Assembly (NCBI GenBank): GCA_947478845.1
Contig: CANJXC010000003.1
Span: 177,659-241,658 of the forward strand
DNA from: Spirochaetales bacterium
GTDB lineage: Bacteria > Spirochaetota > Spirochaetia > JABEVK01
Direction: 5' to 3'
DNA length: 64,000 nt
Shown: positions 1 to 9,300 of the stretch, piece by piece
Layout of the letters: every line of letters starts with the position of its first letter
How positions within the stretch are numbered: position 1 is the stretch's first letter
Translations under genes and position numbers: made by a program
The notes under the pieces: model-generated
Seen by the model: only the letters and a program-made list of their open reading frames with translations
Told to the model about the DNA's origin: nothing
Databases searched by the model: none

Positions 1-1346
1 AATTCTCCGCCAAGAAGCAGGCCTACCTGGCCTACGCCCGGCCGATGGAACAGAAGGTTGGGAGTTTCCTCACCTACCGTCCGGACGTGGAGGCTCCTCA
101 AGCTGGCGCGCTTCAGGGGTTGCCATTCGCGGTGAAAGACAACATAGCCGTCAAAAATTTCCCCCTCACTTGCGGCTCGCGTATGCTGGAAACTTTGGTA
201 AGTCCGTACACGGCCACCGCAGTAGCGCGCTTGCAGGCCGCCGGGGCTGTGGTCATTGGAAAAACCAACCTCGACGAGTTCGGAATGGGCTCTTCCACCG
301 ACCTCTCGGCCTTGGGGAAAACCAACAACCCTTGGGACTTCAGCCGGGTCGCGGGTGGCTCCTCAGGAGGGAGCGCCGCAGCCGCGGCCGCGGGGTTGGT
401 TTCTTTCGCTTTGGGAACCGATACCGGCGGCTCGGTACGCCAGCCGGCCTCGTTTTGCGGGGTCTATGGGCTCAAGCCCACCTATGGCACCGTGAGCCGT
501 TACGGCATGACAGCCTACGCCTCCTCGCTGGAGGTGATGGGCATTGCCTCGAAATCCTTGGCCCTCACGGAAAAAGTGTATGGGGTGATGAAAGGCCGCG
601 ACCCCCACGACCAGACCAGTTTAGACCCTGCCCCCGGCGTTGCACGAGCCGTAAAAACCATTGCCGTGCTCGACGGTCTGACCGACCTCGAACCCGCCGT
701 GCAAAGGGCTTATGAGGCGACTTTAGACCACCTGAAGGCCTTGGGCTACCGCTTGCTTCCTGTGCACCTTGGCACCCTAGATTACGCGGTGCCGGCCTAC
801 TACACCATTGCCACGGCCGAGGCCAGCGCCAACTTGGCGCGCTTCAACGGGATTCGGTATGGGCTGAGACCCGAGTACGCCGAGAACCCCGAAGACCTGA
901 TACGCAAATCACGGACGGCTGGCTTTGGCGACGAAGTGAAGATCCGCATCATGCTCGGGACCTACGTCCTTCGATCGGGTTTTCAAGACCAGTACTACAC
1001 CAAAGCCCAAAAAGTGCGCACCGCCATCCGCAACGACCTTCAAAAGGTCTTCGACCAGGCCGACCTTTTGATGACCCCCACCTTTCCTACCCGCGCCTTT
1101 GTCCATGGTGACCGTTCGATGACGCCCTACCAGCAGAAACTTGCGGACAAGTTCACCGTTACCGCGAACCTAGCCGGGATTCCGGCATTGAGTTTTCCCG
1201 CGGGCCTAGAAGAAGGCCTTCCAGTGGGAATGCAGTTCATGGCCCCTGCCTTTGAGGAGGGTCGGCTGTTCGAGGCAGCAGCGAAGTTCGCCACGAGGGT
1301 TGCCGCTCCCGATTGCCCGGGCACCAGCCTCGATTGGAGCAAGTGA
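1..1346 (+). CDS. gatA: Glutamyl-tRNA(Gln)/Asp-tRNA(Asn) amidotransferase subunit A; 5' end lies outside the window (reading frame is open to position 3)
   Basis: Amidase signature GGSSGGSAAAAAAG; KDNI motif; GatA-like length and C-terminus; immediately followed by gatB. Confidence 0.9.
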   Translation, partial: FSAKKQAYLAYARPMEQKVGSFLTYRPDVEAPQAGALQGLPFAVKDNIAVKNFPLTCGSRMLETLVSPYTATAVARLQAAGAVVIGKTNLDEFGMGSSTDLSALGKTNNPWDFSRVAGGSSGGSAAAAAAGLVSFALGTDTGGSVRQPASFCGVYGLKPTYGTVSRYGMTAYASSLEVMGIASKSLALTEKVYGVMKGRDPHDQTSLDPAPGVARAVKTIAVLDGLTDLEPAVQRAYEATLDHLKALGYRLLPVHLGTLDYAVPAYYTIATAEASANLARFNGIRYGLRPEYAENPEDLIRKSRTAGFGDEVKIRIMLGTYVLRSGFQDQYYTKAQKVRTAIRNDLQKVFDQADLLMTPTFPTRAFVHGDRSMTPYQQKLADKFTVTANLAGIPALSFPAGLEEGLPVGMQFMAPAFEEGRLFEAAAKFATRVAAPDCPGTSLDWSK

Positions 1347-2770
1347 TGTACCAGACCTTTGTCGGACTCGAAATTCATATTCACCTCAACACGGCCACCA
1401 AAGTGTTTTGCGGGTGCAAGGCGCATTTCGGCGACGAACCGAACACCAATGTTTGCCCCGTCTGCATGGGCTACCCTGGCGTTCTGCCGGTGCTCAACCA
1501 GCATGCCCTCGAACTAGCCTACACGGTGAGCCTTGCCTTGGGTTGCCAGCTTTCCCACCGCACCCTGTTCGACCGGAAGAACTACTTTTACCCCGACATG
1601 CCCAAGAATTATCAGATTACCCAATTCCACGAGCCGGTGGGGCAAAATGGGTCGATTGAGTTCGCCCTTGCGGACGGAACTACCAAAAAGGTTCGCATCC
1701 ATGATGTTCACCTCGAAGAAGATGCCGGGAAGATGATTCACGCCGGAGACATGACCCTGGTCGACTACAACCGGGCTGGCTACTCTTTGCTGGAAGTGGT
1801 GACCGAACCCGACTTGGCTAGCGGTGAGGAAACAGAAGCGTTTCTTCAAGCTTTCCAAAGGGTGGTCCGTTACCTCGGCGTGTCTGACGGTAATATGGAA
1901 GAAGGTTCGATGAAGTGCGACACCAATGTGTCGATCAACAAGGCGGGTGCGGGCTTGGGTACCAAGGTGGAAATCAAGAACCTGAACTCCAGCCGGTTCG
2001 TCAAGAAAGCCATTGAGCACGAACAGAAGCGACAGGCCGCTGTTCTCGAGGCTGGCAATAAGGTCAGCCAAGAAACCCGCCTCTGGAACGAAAACCGGGA
2101 CGTCACCGAAACCATGCGCACCAAGGAAGGCGGGCTCGACTACCGCTATTTCCCTGAGCCCGACCTACCCCCCTTTGTGCCCGACGCCTCCTTTTTAAAA
2201 CGCATCCAAGACGCTCAGGTGGAGTTGCCACTGGCTCGCAAGCAGCGGCTCGTGCGCGAGTTTGGGCTTTCGAGGGAACAGGCCGATTTCGTCACCGACG
2301 CCCGGTTCACCGCAGATTTTTTTGAACAGGCTGTGAGGGCCTCTGCTGCCTCTGGAGGGAGCGCGATGGCAAACTGGCTTATGGGGGATGTTCAAAAAGA
2401 GCTCAATCACTTCAACCTCACCCTCGAGGCCTGCCCGCTGACGGCAGGCCGACTGGCCTCCTTGCAGAGCCTTCTCGATGCCGGCCGCATTCATACCAAG
2501 ATTGCCAAACAGCTTCTGGTTTCCATCTTCGAGGAAGACAAGGACCCGGAAACGCTTCTCCAGGAGAAGGGCCTTGAATCCATTGCAACAGAACAACAGC
2601 TCGCACCGATTGTCGAGAGCGTGTTTTCAGCCCATCCGAACGTCGTGGCAGCGGTGAAGGCTGGAGATGCCCGCCAAAAGGGCTTCCTCGTGGGGCAGGT
2701 GATGAAGGCCACTGGCGGGCGGGCGGCGCCCGACCTGGTGAACGCGTTGTTGGCCAAGTTCCTTGCCTAA
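1346..2770 (+). CDS. gatB: Asp-tRNA(Asn)/Glu-tRNA(Gln) amidotransferase subunit B
   Basis: N-terminus MYQTFVGLEIHIHLNT...CGC...CPVCMGYPGVLP typical of GatB; C-terminal GatB/YqeY domain; ATG at 1346 overlaps the gatA TGA (TGATG). Confidence 0.9.
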   Translation: MYQTFVGLEIHIHLNTATKVFCGCKAHFGDEPNTNVCPVCMGYPGVLPVLNQHALELAYTVSLALGCQLSHRTLFDRKNYFYPDMPKNYQITQFHEPVGQNGSIEFALADGTTKKVRIHDVHLEEDAGKMIHAGDMTLVDYNRAGYSLLEVVTEPDLASGEETEAFLQAFQRVVRYLGVSDGNMEEGSMKCDTNVSINKAGAGLGTKVEIKNLNSSRFVKKAIEHEQKRQAAVLEAGNKVSQETRLWNENRDVTETMRTKEGGLDYRYFPEPDLPPFVPDASFLKRIQDAQVELPLARKQRLVREFGLSREQADFVTDARFTADFFEQAVRASAASGGSAMANWLMGDVQKELNHFNLTLEACPLTAGRLASLQSLLDAGRIHTKIAKQLLVSIFEEDKDPETLLQEKGLESIATEQQLAPIVESVFSAHPNVVAAVKAGDARQKGFLVGQVMKATGGRAAPDLVNALLAKFLA

Positions 2771-2822
2771 AGCCCCAAAAAACAGTACAACGGCAGGAAC
2801 CTAACCCGACGAGGTAGTCTGC

Positions 2823-4100
2823 ATGCGCGTATTGGCCCAGGACGTTCCCAAACATCTGGATCGCGAGATCACTGTCAGCGGCTGGGTGCACCGTACCAGG
2901 GAACTGGGCCAGGTGAACTTCGTGCTCCTGCGCGACCGCAGCGGCATGATTCAGGTTGTCTTCGGTGAAAAAATCGACTACACCCCCGAAACAGTGCTCA
3001 CAGTGCGCGGAATGGTCAAAGCCAACGACAAAGCCCCTGGTGGAGCCGAGATACATCCCCTCAGCGTGACTGTGGAGTCGCGCGCCGACATCAATCTTCC
3101 CGTCCAAGTGAATCAAGACCCCGACAAGTACCCCTTGGAGGCGTTGTTCGACCATCGCTTTATCAGCCTGCGCATGCCCAAATTGCGCGCCATTTTTCAA
3201 CTTCAGTCCTCTCTTCTCAAGTATCTGAGCGAGTTCATGCACGCGGAAGGGTTCTTCGAGATGAAGACGAGCAAGCTCGTGGGAAGCGGCGCAGAAGGTG
3301 GCACGGGCCTATTCAGCGTCGAGTACTTCGAGAACAAAGTGTTTCTGGCCCAAAGCCCCCAGCTCTACAAGCAGGGAATGGTTGCCACCGGTTTGGAACG
3401 CGTGTTTGAAATCAGCCACGCCTATCGGGCCGAAAAGCACGACACCCCGCGACACATCAACGAGTACGTGAGCTTTGATGTCGAGATGGCCTTCATCGAG
3501 AGCGAAGTTGACTTGATGAACTTTGAGCGCAACCTGCTCGACCACGTGTTCACGCAGGTGGGCCTCCATAACCGCGCCGAGCTAGAGTTGTGGGGCGCCA
3601 CGGTTCCAGCCCCTGGGGCCATGATCAGTGCCCCCGTGGTGGGTCACGACGCAGCCAAGGACCTCATTACCCAGATCACGGGCAAGAAAGTTTTTGAGAT
3701 TAACCCGGAAGGCGAGCGCACCCTCTGTGAATGGGCCCTCGAAAAGCACGGGGTCGACTTGGTGTTCATCAACGACTGGCCGCGAAAAAAACGGCCCTTC
3801 TACACTCATCCGAGTGCCGACGGCACCAAGACTCTCAGCTTCGACCTGATTTTCCGGGGGCTGGAAATCACCTCCGGCGGTCGCCGTATTCACGATTACG
3901 CGATGTTGCTCGAAAGTTTGCCGAAGTTCGGCATGACTCTCGAAGGACTGGGGGCGTACCCAACCATTTTCCAGTATGGGTGCCCTCCGCACGGCGGGTT
4001 TGCGATTGGGATTGAACGGCTCACTCAGAAGATTCTGGGCCTGGCCAACGTCAAAGAAGCGAGCCCCTTCCCCCGGGACCGCAAGCGGGTGGCCCCCTAA
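2823..4100 (+). CDS. aspS: Aspartyl-tRNA synthetase, type 2 (archaeal-like, about 425 aa), probably non-discriminating
   Basis: Class IIb aaRS motifs (FRGLEITSGGRRIHD, GGFAIGIERL); short 425-aa architecture; directly downstream of gatAB. Confidence 0.85.
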   Translation: MRVLAQDVPKHLDREITVSGWVHRTRELGQVNFVLLRDRSGMIQVVFGEKIDYTPETVLTVRGMVKANDKAPGGAEIHPLSVTVESRADINLPVQVNQDPDKYPLEALFDHRFISLRMPKLRAIFQLQSSLLKYLSEFMHAEGFFEMKTSKLVGSGAEGGTGLFSVEYFENKVFLAQSPQLYKQGMVATGLERVFEISHAYRAEKHDTPRHINEYVSFDVEMAFIESEVDLMNFERNLLDHVFTQVGLHNRAELELWGATVPAPGAMISAPVVGHDAAKDLITQITGKKVFEINPEGERTLCEWALEKHGVDLVFINDWPRKKRPFYTHPSADGTKTLSFDLIFRGLEITSGGRRIHDYAMLLESLPKFGMTLEGLGAYPTIFQYGCPPHGGFAIGIERLTQKILGLANVKEASPFPRDRKRVAP

Positions 4101-5053
4101 TGGTGCAGGAATATGCAATCCGTGACGGGCAGTTGGTACCCTGCGAAGAGAAACAGGGATTGGTCAAAGTGTTCACCAGCCCTGATGTTGCCGAGCGCAA
4201 CTATTTAGAGCACACCTGCCGCATTTCACCCCACAACATCAGTTCCGCCATGGACCCCGACGAAATAGGACGCCTCGAGTTCGAGAACGACCACACCATG
4301 CTCCTGATCAAAAGCCCCAAGAACTACTCCTCCAGCGACAACTTCCTGTTCAAAGTGACCTCAGTCGGGGTTTTTGTTTACAAACAAGAACTGGTCATTA
4401 TTATGAATAATCAGGAGACTTCCATCCTCGAGGGTCGCCAGGCCTTCAAGATAACCAGCCTGAACGACGCCCTGTTGAAGATTCTCTACGGCACCATTGC
4501 GCACTTTTTGGGCCACCTCAAGGTGATCAGCCTCCTCAGTGACAGCCTGGAGCACAAGATCAACTCTTCAATGGCCAATGAGCACCTTTTGAACATGTTT
4601 ACCATCGAAAAAAGCCTGATCTACTACCTCAACGGCATCAATTCCAACTCGGTGGTTATGGACAAGCTCAAAACAAACGCCACTCGTATCGGCTTGTCGT
4701 CGGAAAATCTCGCTTTGCTTGACGACATCATCATCGAGAACAACCAGTGCAACAAACAGGCGGAAATCTACTCCAACATTCTCGTTGGCCTCGACGGGGC
4801 CCGCGGAGCCATCGTCAATAACAACATGAACCAGTTGATCAAGCGGCTTACCATTGTGAGTGTTGTCTTCATGCCCCTCAATGTCATCGCGGGAATTGGC
4901 GGAATGTCCGAGTTTTCCGGCGTGACAGAGGGCGTTCCGAAGTGGCTCAGCTATAGCCTGTTTGCACTGGGGATGGTGGGAATCGCCTTCCTCACCTATT
5001 GGATTCTTAAGGTCTTTATGGACGGTAGTACTTCCAAGATTAAGCGCAGGTAA
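4100..5053 (+). CDS. CorA-family divalent cation transporter-like protein with a GMS variant of the GMN motif
   Basis: 317 aa; two C-terminal TM helices; VFMPLNVIAGIGGMSEF aligns to the CorA FLPLTFIAGIYGMNF region; KxKRR tail; start overlaps the aspS stop (TAATG). Confidence 0.6.
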   Translation: MVQEYAIRDGQLVPCEEKQGLVKVFTSPDVAERNYLEHTCRISPHNISSAMDPDEIGRLEFENDHTMLLIKSPKNYSSSDNFLFKVTSVGVFVYKQELVIIMNNQETSILEGRQAFKITSLNDALLKILYGTIAHFLGHLKVISLLSDSLEHKINSSMANEHLLNMFTIEKSLIYYLNGINSNSVVMDKLKTNATRIGLSSENLALLDDIIIENNQCNKQAEIYSNILVGLDGARGAIVNNNMNQLIKRLTIVSVVFMPLNVIAGIGGMSEFSGVTEGVPKWLSYSLFALGMVGIAFLTYWILKVFMDGSTSKIKRR

Positions 5054-5056
5054 ACC

Positions 5057-5485
5057 ATGACAATTCGAACCATGACAGCAAACGACGGCCCAGCCGCACT
5101 CACCTTCTGGAAGCATATTCCCGGCCTGGGGCTGAGCTATTCGGACGAACCCGAGGAACTCACCCGTTACTGGGAACGCAACCCCGGCCTCAGCTTCTGT
5201 GCCTGCGATGACAAAGGAAAGCTCATTGCCACCGTCTTGGCGGGTCATGATGGTCGCCGAGGATTCCTTTACCATCTTGCCGTTCATCCGCAACACCGCG
5301 GTAAGGGTCTCAGCGGAGCTCTGGTGGGTGCCTCACTGGAGGGCCTGAAGGCGCAGGGTATCCGTAAGGTGAATGTCTTCGTGCTCAGCGACAACAGCGC
5401 CGGGATTTCGTTCTGGATGGGCCCGGCTTCAGCCCACGGCTGGAAACTGCGTGGCGACTTGATGGTGTTTTCGCGGGAGGTTTGA
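5057..5485 (+). CDS. GNAT family N-acetyltransferase
   Basis: HLAVHPQHRGKGLSGALV acetyl-CoA binding motif; 142 aa. Confidence 0.75.
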   Translation: MTIRTMTANDGPAALTFWKHIPGLGLSYSDEPEELTRYWERNPGLSFCACDDKGKLIATVLAGHDGRRGFLYHLAVHPQHRGKGLSGALVGASLEGLKAQGIRKVNVFVLSDNSAGISFWMGPASAHGWKLRGDLMVFSREV

Positions 5486-5524
5486 CTTCTTGTCCTTTTT
5501 TTGAGTCAACGCTATTCTGACTAG

Positions 5525-7366
5525 ATGAAAATCCCTCTTCGCAGTTTCACCAACACCGTGGGCCGCAATATGGCCGGAGCCCGATCCTTGTGGCGCGCCA
5601 ACGGGATGACCGATCAACAATTCAGCAAGCCCATCATCGCCATTTCGAACAGCTTCACGCAGTTTGTTCCCGGGCACGCGCACCTGCACGACATTGGCCA
5701 GCGGGTGAAAAAGATCATCGAGGCTTCGGGGTGTTTCGCTGCCGAGTTCAATACCATCGCCGTCGACGACGGCATTGCCATGGGTCACGACGGTATGCTG
5801 TACTCTTTGCCCAGCCGTGAAATCATCGCCGACAGCGTGGAATACATGGTCAATGCGCACTGCGCGGACGCGCTGGTGTGCATCAGCAACTGCGACAAAA
5901 TCACCCCCGGGATGCTTATGGCCGCCATGCGACTGAATATTCCCACCATATTCGTGTCTGGTGGCCCCATGGAAGCCGGCGACCTCGACGGAAAGAAGTA
6001 CGACCTGGTAGACGTAATGGTGATGGGTCCCGATGAAGGCGTGAGCCAGGAAATGCTCGACAAGGTGGAACGCCACGCCTGCCCCACCTGCGGCTCCTGC
6101 TCGGGCATGTTCACCGCCAACTCCATGAACTGCCTCAACGAGGCCTTGGGATTGGCCCTGCCGGGCAACGGCACAATTCTGGCCACCCACACCTTCCGCA
6201 TCGAGCTTTTTGAGAAGGCTGCCCACCGCATCGTCGAGATGGCCCACGAATACTACAACAAGGGGAACCTGTCGGTGCTTCCCCGCAACATAGCAACCTC
6301 CGCAGCCTTCAATAACGCGATGGCCCTCGATATCGCCATGGGCGGCTCCACGAACACCGTGCTGCACATTCTGGCCATCGCTCACGAAGGCGGGGTCGAT
6401 TTCACCATGGCCGACATCGACCGGTTGAGCCGCAAGGTGCCGTGCCTGTGCAAAGTGGCCCCCAACAGCGCTAAATACCACATTGAGGATGTGCACCGTG
6501 CGGGAGGTATTCTGGGCATTTTGGGTGAGCTTGATCGGGCTGGCCTACTGGATACCTCGGTGCCTCGTGCCGACGGACTGACGCTGAAGCAGGCTCTCGA
6601 CGCCTGGGACTTGGCACGCGCCACAGCCACCGAGGAGGCCAAGCACCTGTTCAAGGCCGCCCCCGGCGGCCGTGCCAACCTCATCATGGGAACCCAAAAA
6701 TCCATGTTTAAGGACCTCGATACCGACCGCAAGGAAGGCTGCATCCGAACCAAGGAAAATGCCTACTACGCCGATGGCGGTTTGGCAGTACTCTTTGGCA
6801 ACATCGCCCCGAAGGGCTGCATAGTCAAGTCTGCGGGTGTCGATGAAGCGCTGTTTCGTTTCACTGGCAAGGCTAAAGTGTTCGAAAGTCAGGACGCCTC
6901 GGTGAAGGGAATTTTAGGCGGACAGGTACAGGCCGGCGACATCGTCGTCATCCGCTACGAAGGACCGAAGGGCGGCCCCGGCATGCAAGAAATGCTCTAC
7001 CCGACCAGCTACCTCAAGAGCAAGAAACTCGGCAAAGCCTGCGCCTTGCTCACCGATGGTCGCTTTTCTGGCGGAACCTCCGGACTGTGCATCGGTCATG
7101 CAAGCCCGGAAGCCGCAGCCGGCGGTGCTATCGCTTTGGTGAAAGACGGTGACAGCATTGTGATCGACATTCCCAACCGGAGTATCCACCTAGACATTAG
7201 CGATGCCGAGCTCGCCAAGCGTCGTAAGGCCGAGGAAGCGCGGGGCCCCGAGGCGTACACACCGTCTGCTCCTCGGGAAAGGAAGGTGAGCCGCGCCCTC
7301 AGGGCGTACGCTCTTTTTGCTTCGAGTGCCGACGAGGGTGCCGTACGCAAATTACCGGGCGAGTGA
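5525..7366 (+). CDS. ilvD: Dihydroxy-acid dehydratase
   Basis: 613 aa; IlvD/EDD family signatures ([27 protein letters not shown]). Confidence 0.92.
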   Translation: MKIPLRSFTNTVGRNMAGARSLWRANGMTDQQFSKPIIAISNSFTQFVPGHAHLHDIGQRVKKIIEASGCFAAEFNTIAVDDGIAMGHDGMLYSLPSREIIADSVEYMVNAHCADALVCISNCDKITPGMLMAAMRLNIPTIFVSGGPMEAGDLDGKKYDLVDVMVMGPDEGVSQEMLDKVERHACPTCGSCSGMFTANSMNCLNEALGLALPGNGTILATHTFRIELFEKAAHRIVEMAHEYYNKGNLSVLPRNIATSAAFNNAMALDIAMGGSTNTVLHILAIAHEGGVDFTMADIDRLSRKVPCLCKVAPNSAKYHIEDVHRAGGILGILGELDRAGLLDTSVPRADGLTLKQALDAWDLARATATEEAKHLFKAAPGGRANLIMGTQKSMFKDLDTDRKEGCIRTKENAYYADGGLAVLFGNIAPKGCIVKSAGVDEALFRFTGKAKVFESQDASVKGILGGQVQAGDIVVIRYEGPKGGPGMQEMLYPTSYLKSKKLGKACALLTDGRFSGGTSGLCIGHASPEAAAGGAIALVKDGDSIVIDIPNRSIHLDISDAELAKRRKAEEARGPEAYTPSAPRERKVSRALRAYALFASSADEGAVRKLPGE

Positions 7367-7428
7367 ACTCGCCCCCGAGTGAAGATTGGCGATGCGTTTG
7401 CCGATACGTACACCAAAAGGTGGACCGA

Positions 7429-7638
7429 ATGAAAACGTATCGCATCCGAAGCGAATCCGAGAAGAAGGAGATTCTGGAAGTCGTTGCAGAATCCGACACG
7501 GGCTACTATATCCGGATTGTGTGCGAGGAGTTTGGAGTCCGCAGTGAGTACCGTGACTTTCTTCCGGCGCATATTTTCGACGCACTGTTGAAGAACGGAG
7601 TTTTGGAAGACTTTGACGCCATTGAGGTAGCCAGCTAG
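7429..7638 (+). CDS. Small hypothetical protein (about 69 aa)
   Basis: ORF with AAGGTGG Shine-Dalgarno 7 nt upstream of the ATG at 7429; no recognisable domain. Confidence 0.35.
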   Translation: MKTYRIRSESEKKEILEVVAESDTGYYIRIVCEEFGVRSEYRDFLPAHIFDALLKNGVLEDFDAIEVAS

Positions 7639-7647
7639 ACTGGCCAG

Positions 7648-8550
7648 GTGACTGGCGAGTTTCCCTCCACCCCCAAGATCCTAGTTCCTTTTCAGAGAGC
7701 CTCCGACGACTTCGATTGCCAGGAGATAGTCGTCTATCTTCGCCCCGAGACTAACGGCGTTCAAACCGAAAGTATTCTCTTCCGCGTTTTTCGCGGCGCC
7801 GAGTGGAACAGCCAAGTCAAGCTTGTCTATTTGGCCAATTTGCCAGGTGAATTTCTGCGCAAGCGTCAAGTTGTCGAAAAACACTATTCGCTACGCCTTG
7901 AGTTCGCCCGAAAAGGCGCCGCGATGTTTACCGCAGCGATGCGGCTCACCTTCCAGGACTTTTTCGGGCTGCCTTTTGAGTCTGCCGAGGTTCTCGGCGC
8001 CTACGACGCGCTCAAACGCCTCAACCTCGGTGCTGAGGAACTGTTCCAACTTTGGGTTCCCGCCGAAGACATCCTAGAACTCGAAGGCCAGCTCATCAAA
8101 AAAGTCCTTGGCAAACTTTTTGTCGTGAACTATGACATTCCGGCTGTGCTCGAGAAGAACCACGCAGGTACTGACCTCGCGGCGATGGTGTTCCGCACTC
8201 CATTGAGCTACCAAGCCTTCCGTCCTGCTGTCGATGCCATCCGCAAGGCTCTCGTTTCGGAGGGGTTGCTCGCGGTGGAACGGGCAGAGCGAAGGGTTTT
8301 TCATTGGTCCAAGGGACCCTTTGAGCAATTGCTGGATGCCAGCGGTCACGTGTACAACGTCCGCGACGAGCCGGTTTCTTGGGATGAACTGTCGTTTGGC
8401 AGATACCTGCTCGCCAAAGGCTGGACCAACTCCCGTATCGAGGATTGTCTGGAACGGCCCTTTCAGTTCGGTGAAAATTTGTTGTCCAACACAAATTTTG
8501 CTACCTTCGAGGAAGCTTGGAAGTTCGTACACCAAAGGAGTTCCCGATGA
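7648..8550 (+). CDS. Hypothetical protein (300 aa)
   Basis: Long ORF with GTG start; fills the gap between ilvD and msrA and its 3' end overlaps the msrA start; no motif recognised. Confidence 0.5.
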   Translation: MTGEFPSTPKILVPFQRASDDFDCQEIVVYLRPETNGVQTESILFRVFRGAEWNSQVKLVYLANLPGEFLRKRQVVEKHYSLRLEFARKGAAMFTAAMRLTFQDFFGLPFESAEVLGAYDALKRLNLGAEELFQLWVPAEDILELEGQLIKKVLGKLFVVNYDIPAVLEKNHAGTDLAAMVFRTPLSYQAFRPAVDAIRKALVSEGLLAVERAERRVFHWSKGPFEQLLDASGHVYNVRDEPVSWDELSFGRYLLAKGWTNSRIEDCLERPFQFGENLLSNTNFATFEEAWKFVHQRSSR

Positions 8551-9059
8551 AAGAACAGATCATACTGGCTGGGGGGTGCTTTTGGTGCACCGAAGCCGTG
8601 TTTGTGCGGATTGCCGGCGTGGAGGCAAGTGTGTCCGGTTATGCCAACGGCAAAACCGACAACCCTACCTATCAGCAGGTCTGCTCCGGTACCACCGGCC
8701 ACACCGAGGCTATCCAAGTCAGCTTTGACCCCGCGGTGGTCTCCCTCAACGAGCTCCTTGAGCTCTTCTGGAAAGCGCATGATCCGACCACCCTTAACCG
8801 GCAGGGCGCCGACACCGGTACGCAGTACCGCTCAGGCATCTACACGACAAGCGAAGCCCAACTCAAGGCAGCCTCGGCTTCGCGCGACAAAGCCCAAGCG
8901 AAGTTTTCCGCCAAGATTGTTACCGAGATTGTTCCGCTGACCAAGTTCTGGAAGGCCGAGGACTACCATCAGAATTACTTCGAGCGCAATCCAAACCAAG
9001 CCTACTGCCGGGCCACCATTCCGCCCAAGCTCGCCAAACTGGGTCTAGCCGCGCTTTGA
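8547..9059 (+). CDS. msrA: Peptide methionine sulfoxide reductase MsrA
   Basis: GGCFWC active site; AAAGGAG SD upstream of the ATG at 8547. Confidence 0.9.
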   Translation: MKEQIILAGGCFWCTEAVFVRIAGVEASVSGYANGKTDNPTYQQVCSGTTGHTEAIQVSFDPAVVSLNELLELFWKAHDPTTLNRQGADTGTQYRSGIYTTSEAQLKAASASRDKAQAKFSAKIVTEIVPLTKFWKAEDYHQNYFERNPNQAYCRATIPPKLAKLGLAAL

Positions 9060-9212
9060 TCGCCGTCTTTGCCACTTGTGGGTTTATTCCATGGAAGTTG
9101 GGCTCTTTCGATGGCGCGTATCTTTCCCTGAGCCGCTGGTGTTTTATCAGCGACAATGCGCCAAAAGATAAGCTTCCAGCTGTATTCGAAACTCTCGACA
9201 GCTAGGCCGTAT

Positions 9213-9228
9213 TCCGGTCAATACCGGA
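9213..9228. promoter_or_regulatory. Perfect inverted repeat TCCGGT-caat-ACCGGA upstream of the glycoside hydrolase gene (candidate operator)
   Basis: Palindrome read directly in the 241-bp intergenic region, about 75 nt upstream of the ORF start at 9301. Confidence 0.3.
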
Positions 9229-9300
9229 CAATTCCTCCAATTTCTCTTTCTTTCTGGGACGTTCTATGTTAGTATTACGTTCTGCCCGAGGGTTTCAAGT

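Noticed and set aside
5429-6496. 355-aa minus-strand ORF inside ilvD
   Set aside because: Antisense to a highly conserved ilvD coding region; Gly/His/Val-rich composition typical of antisense frames
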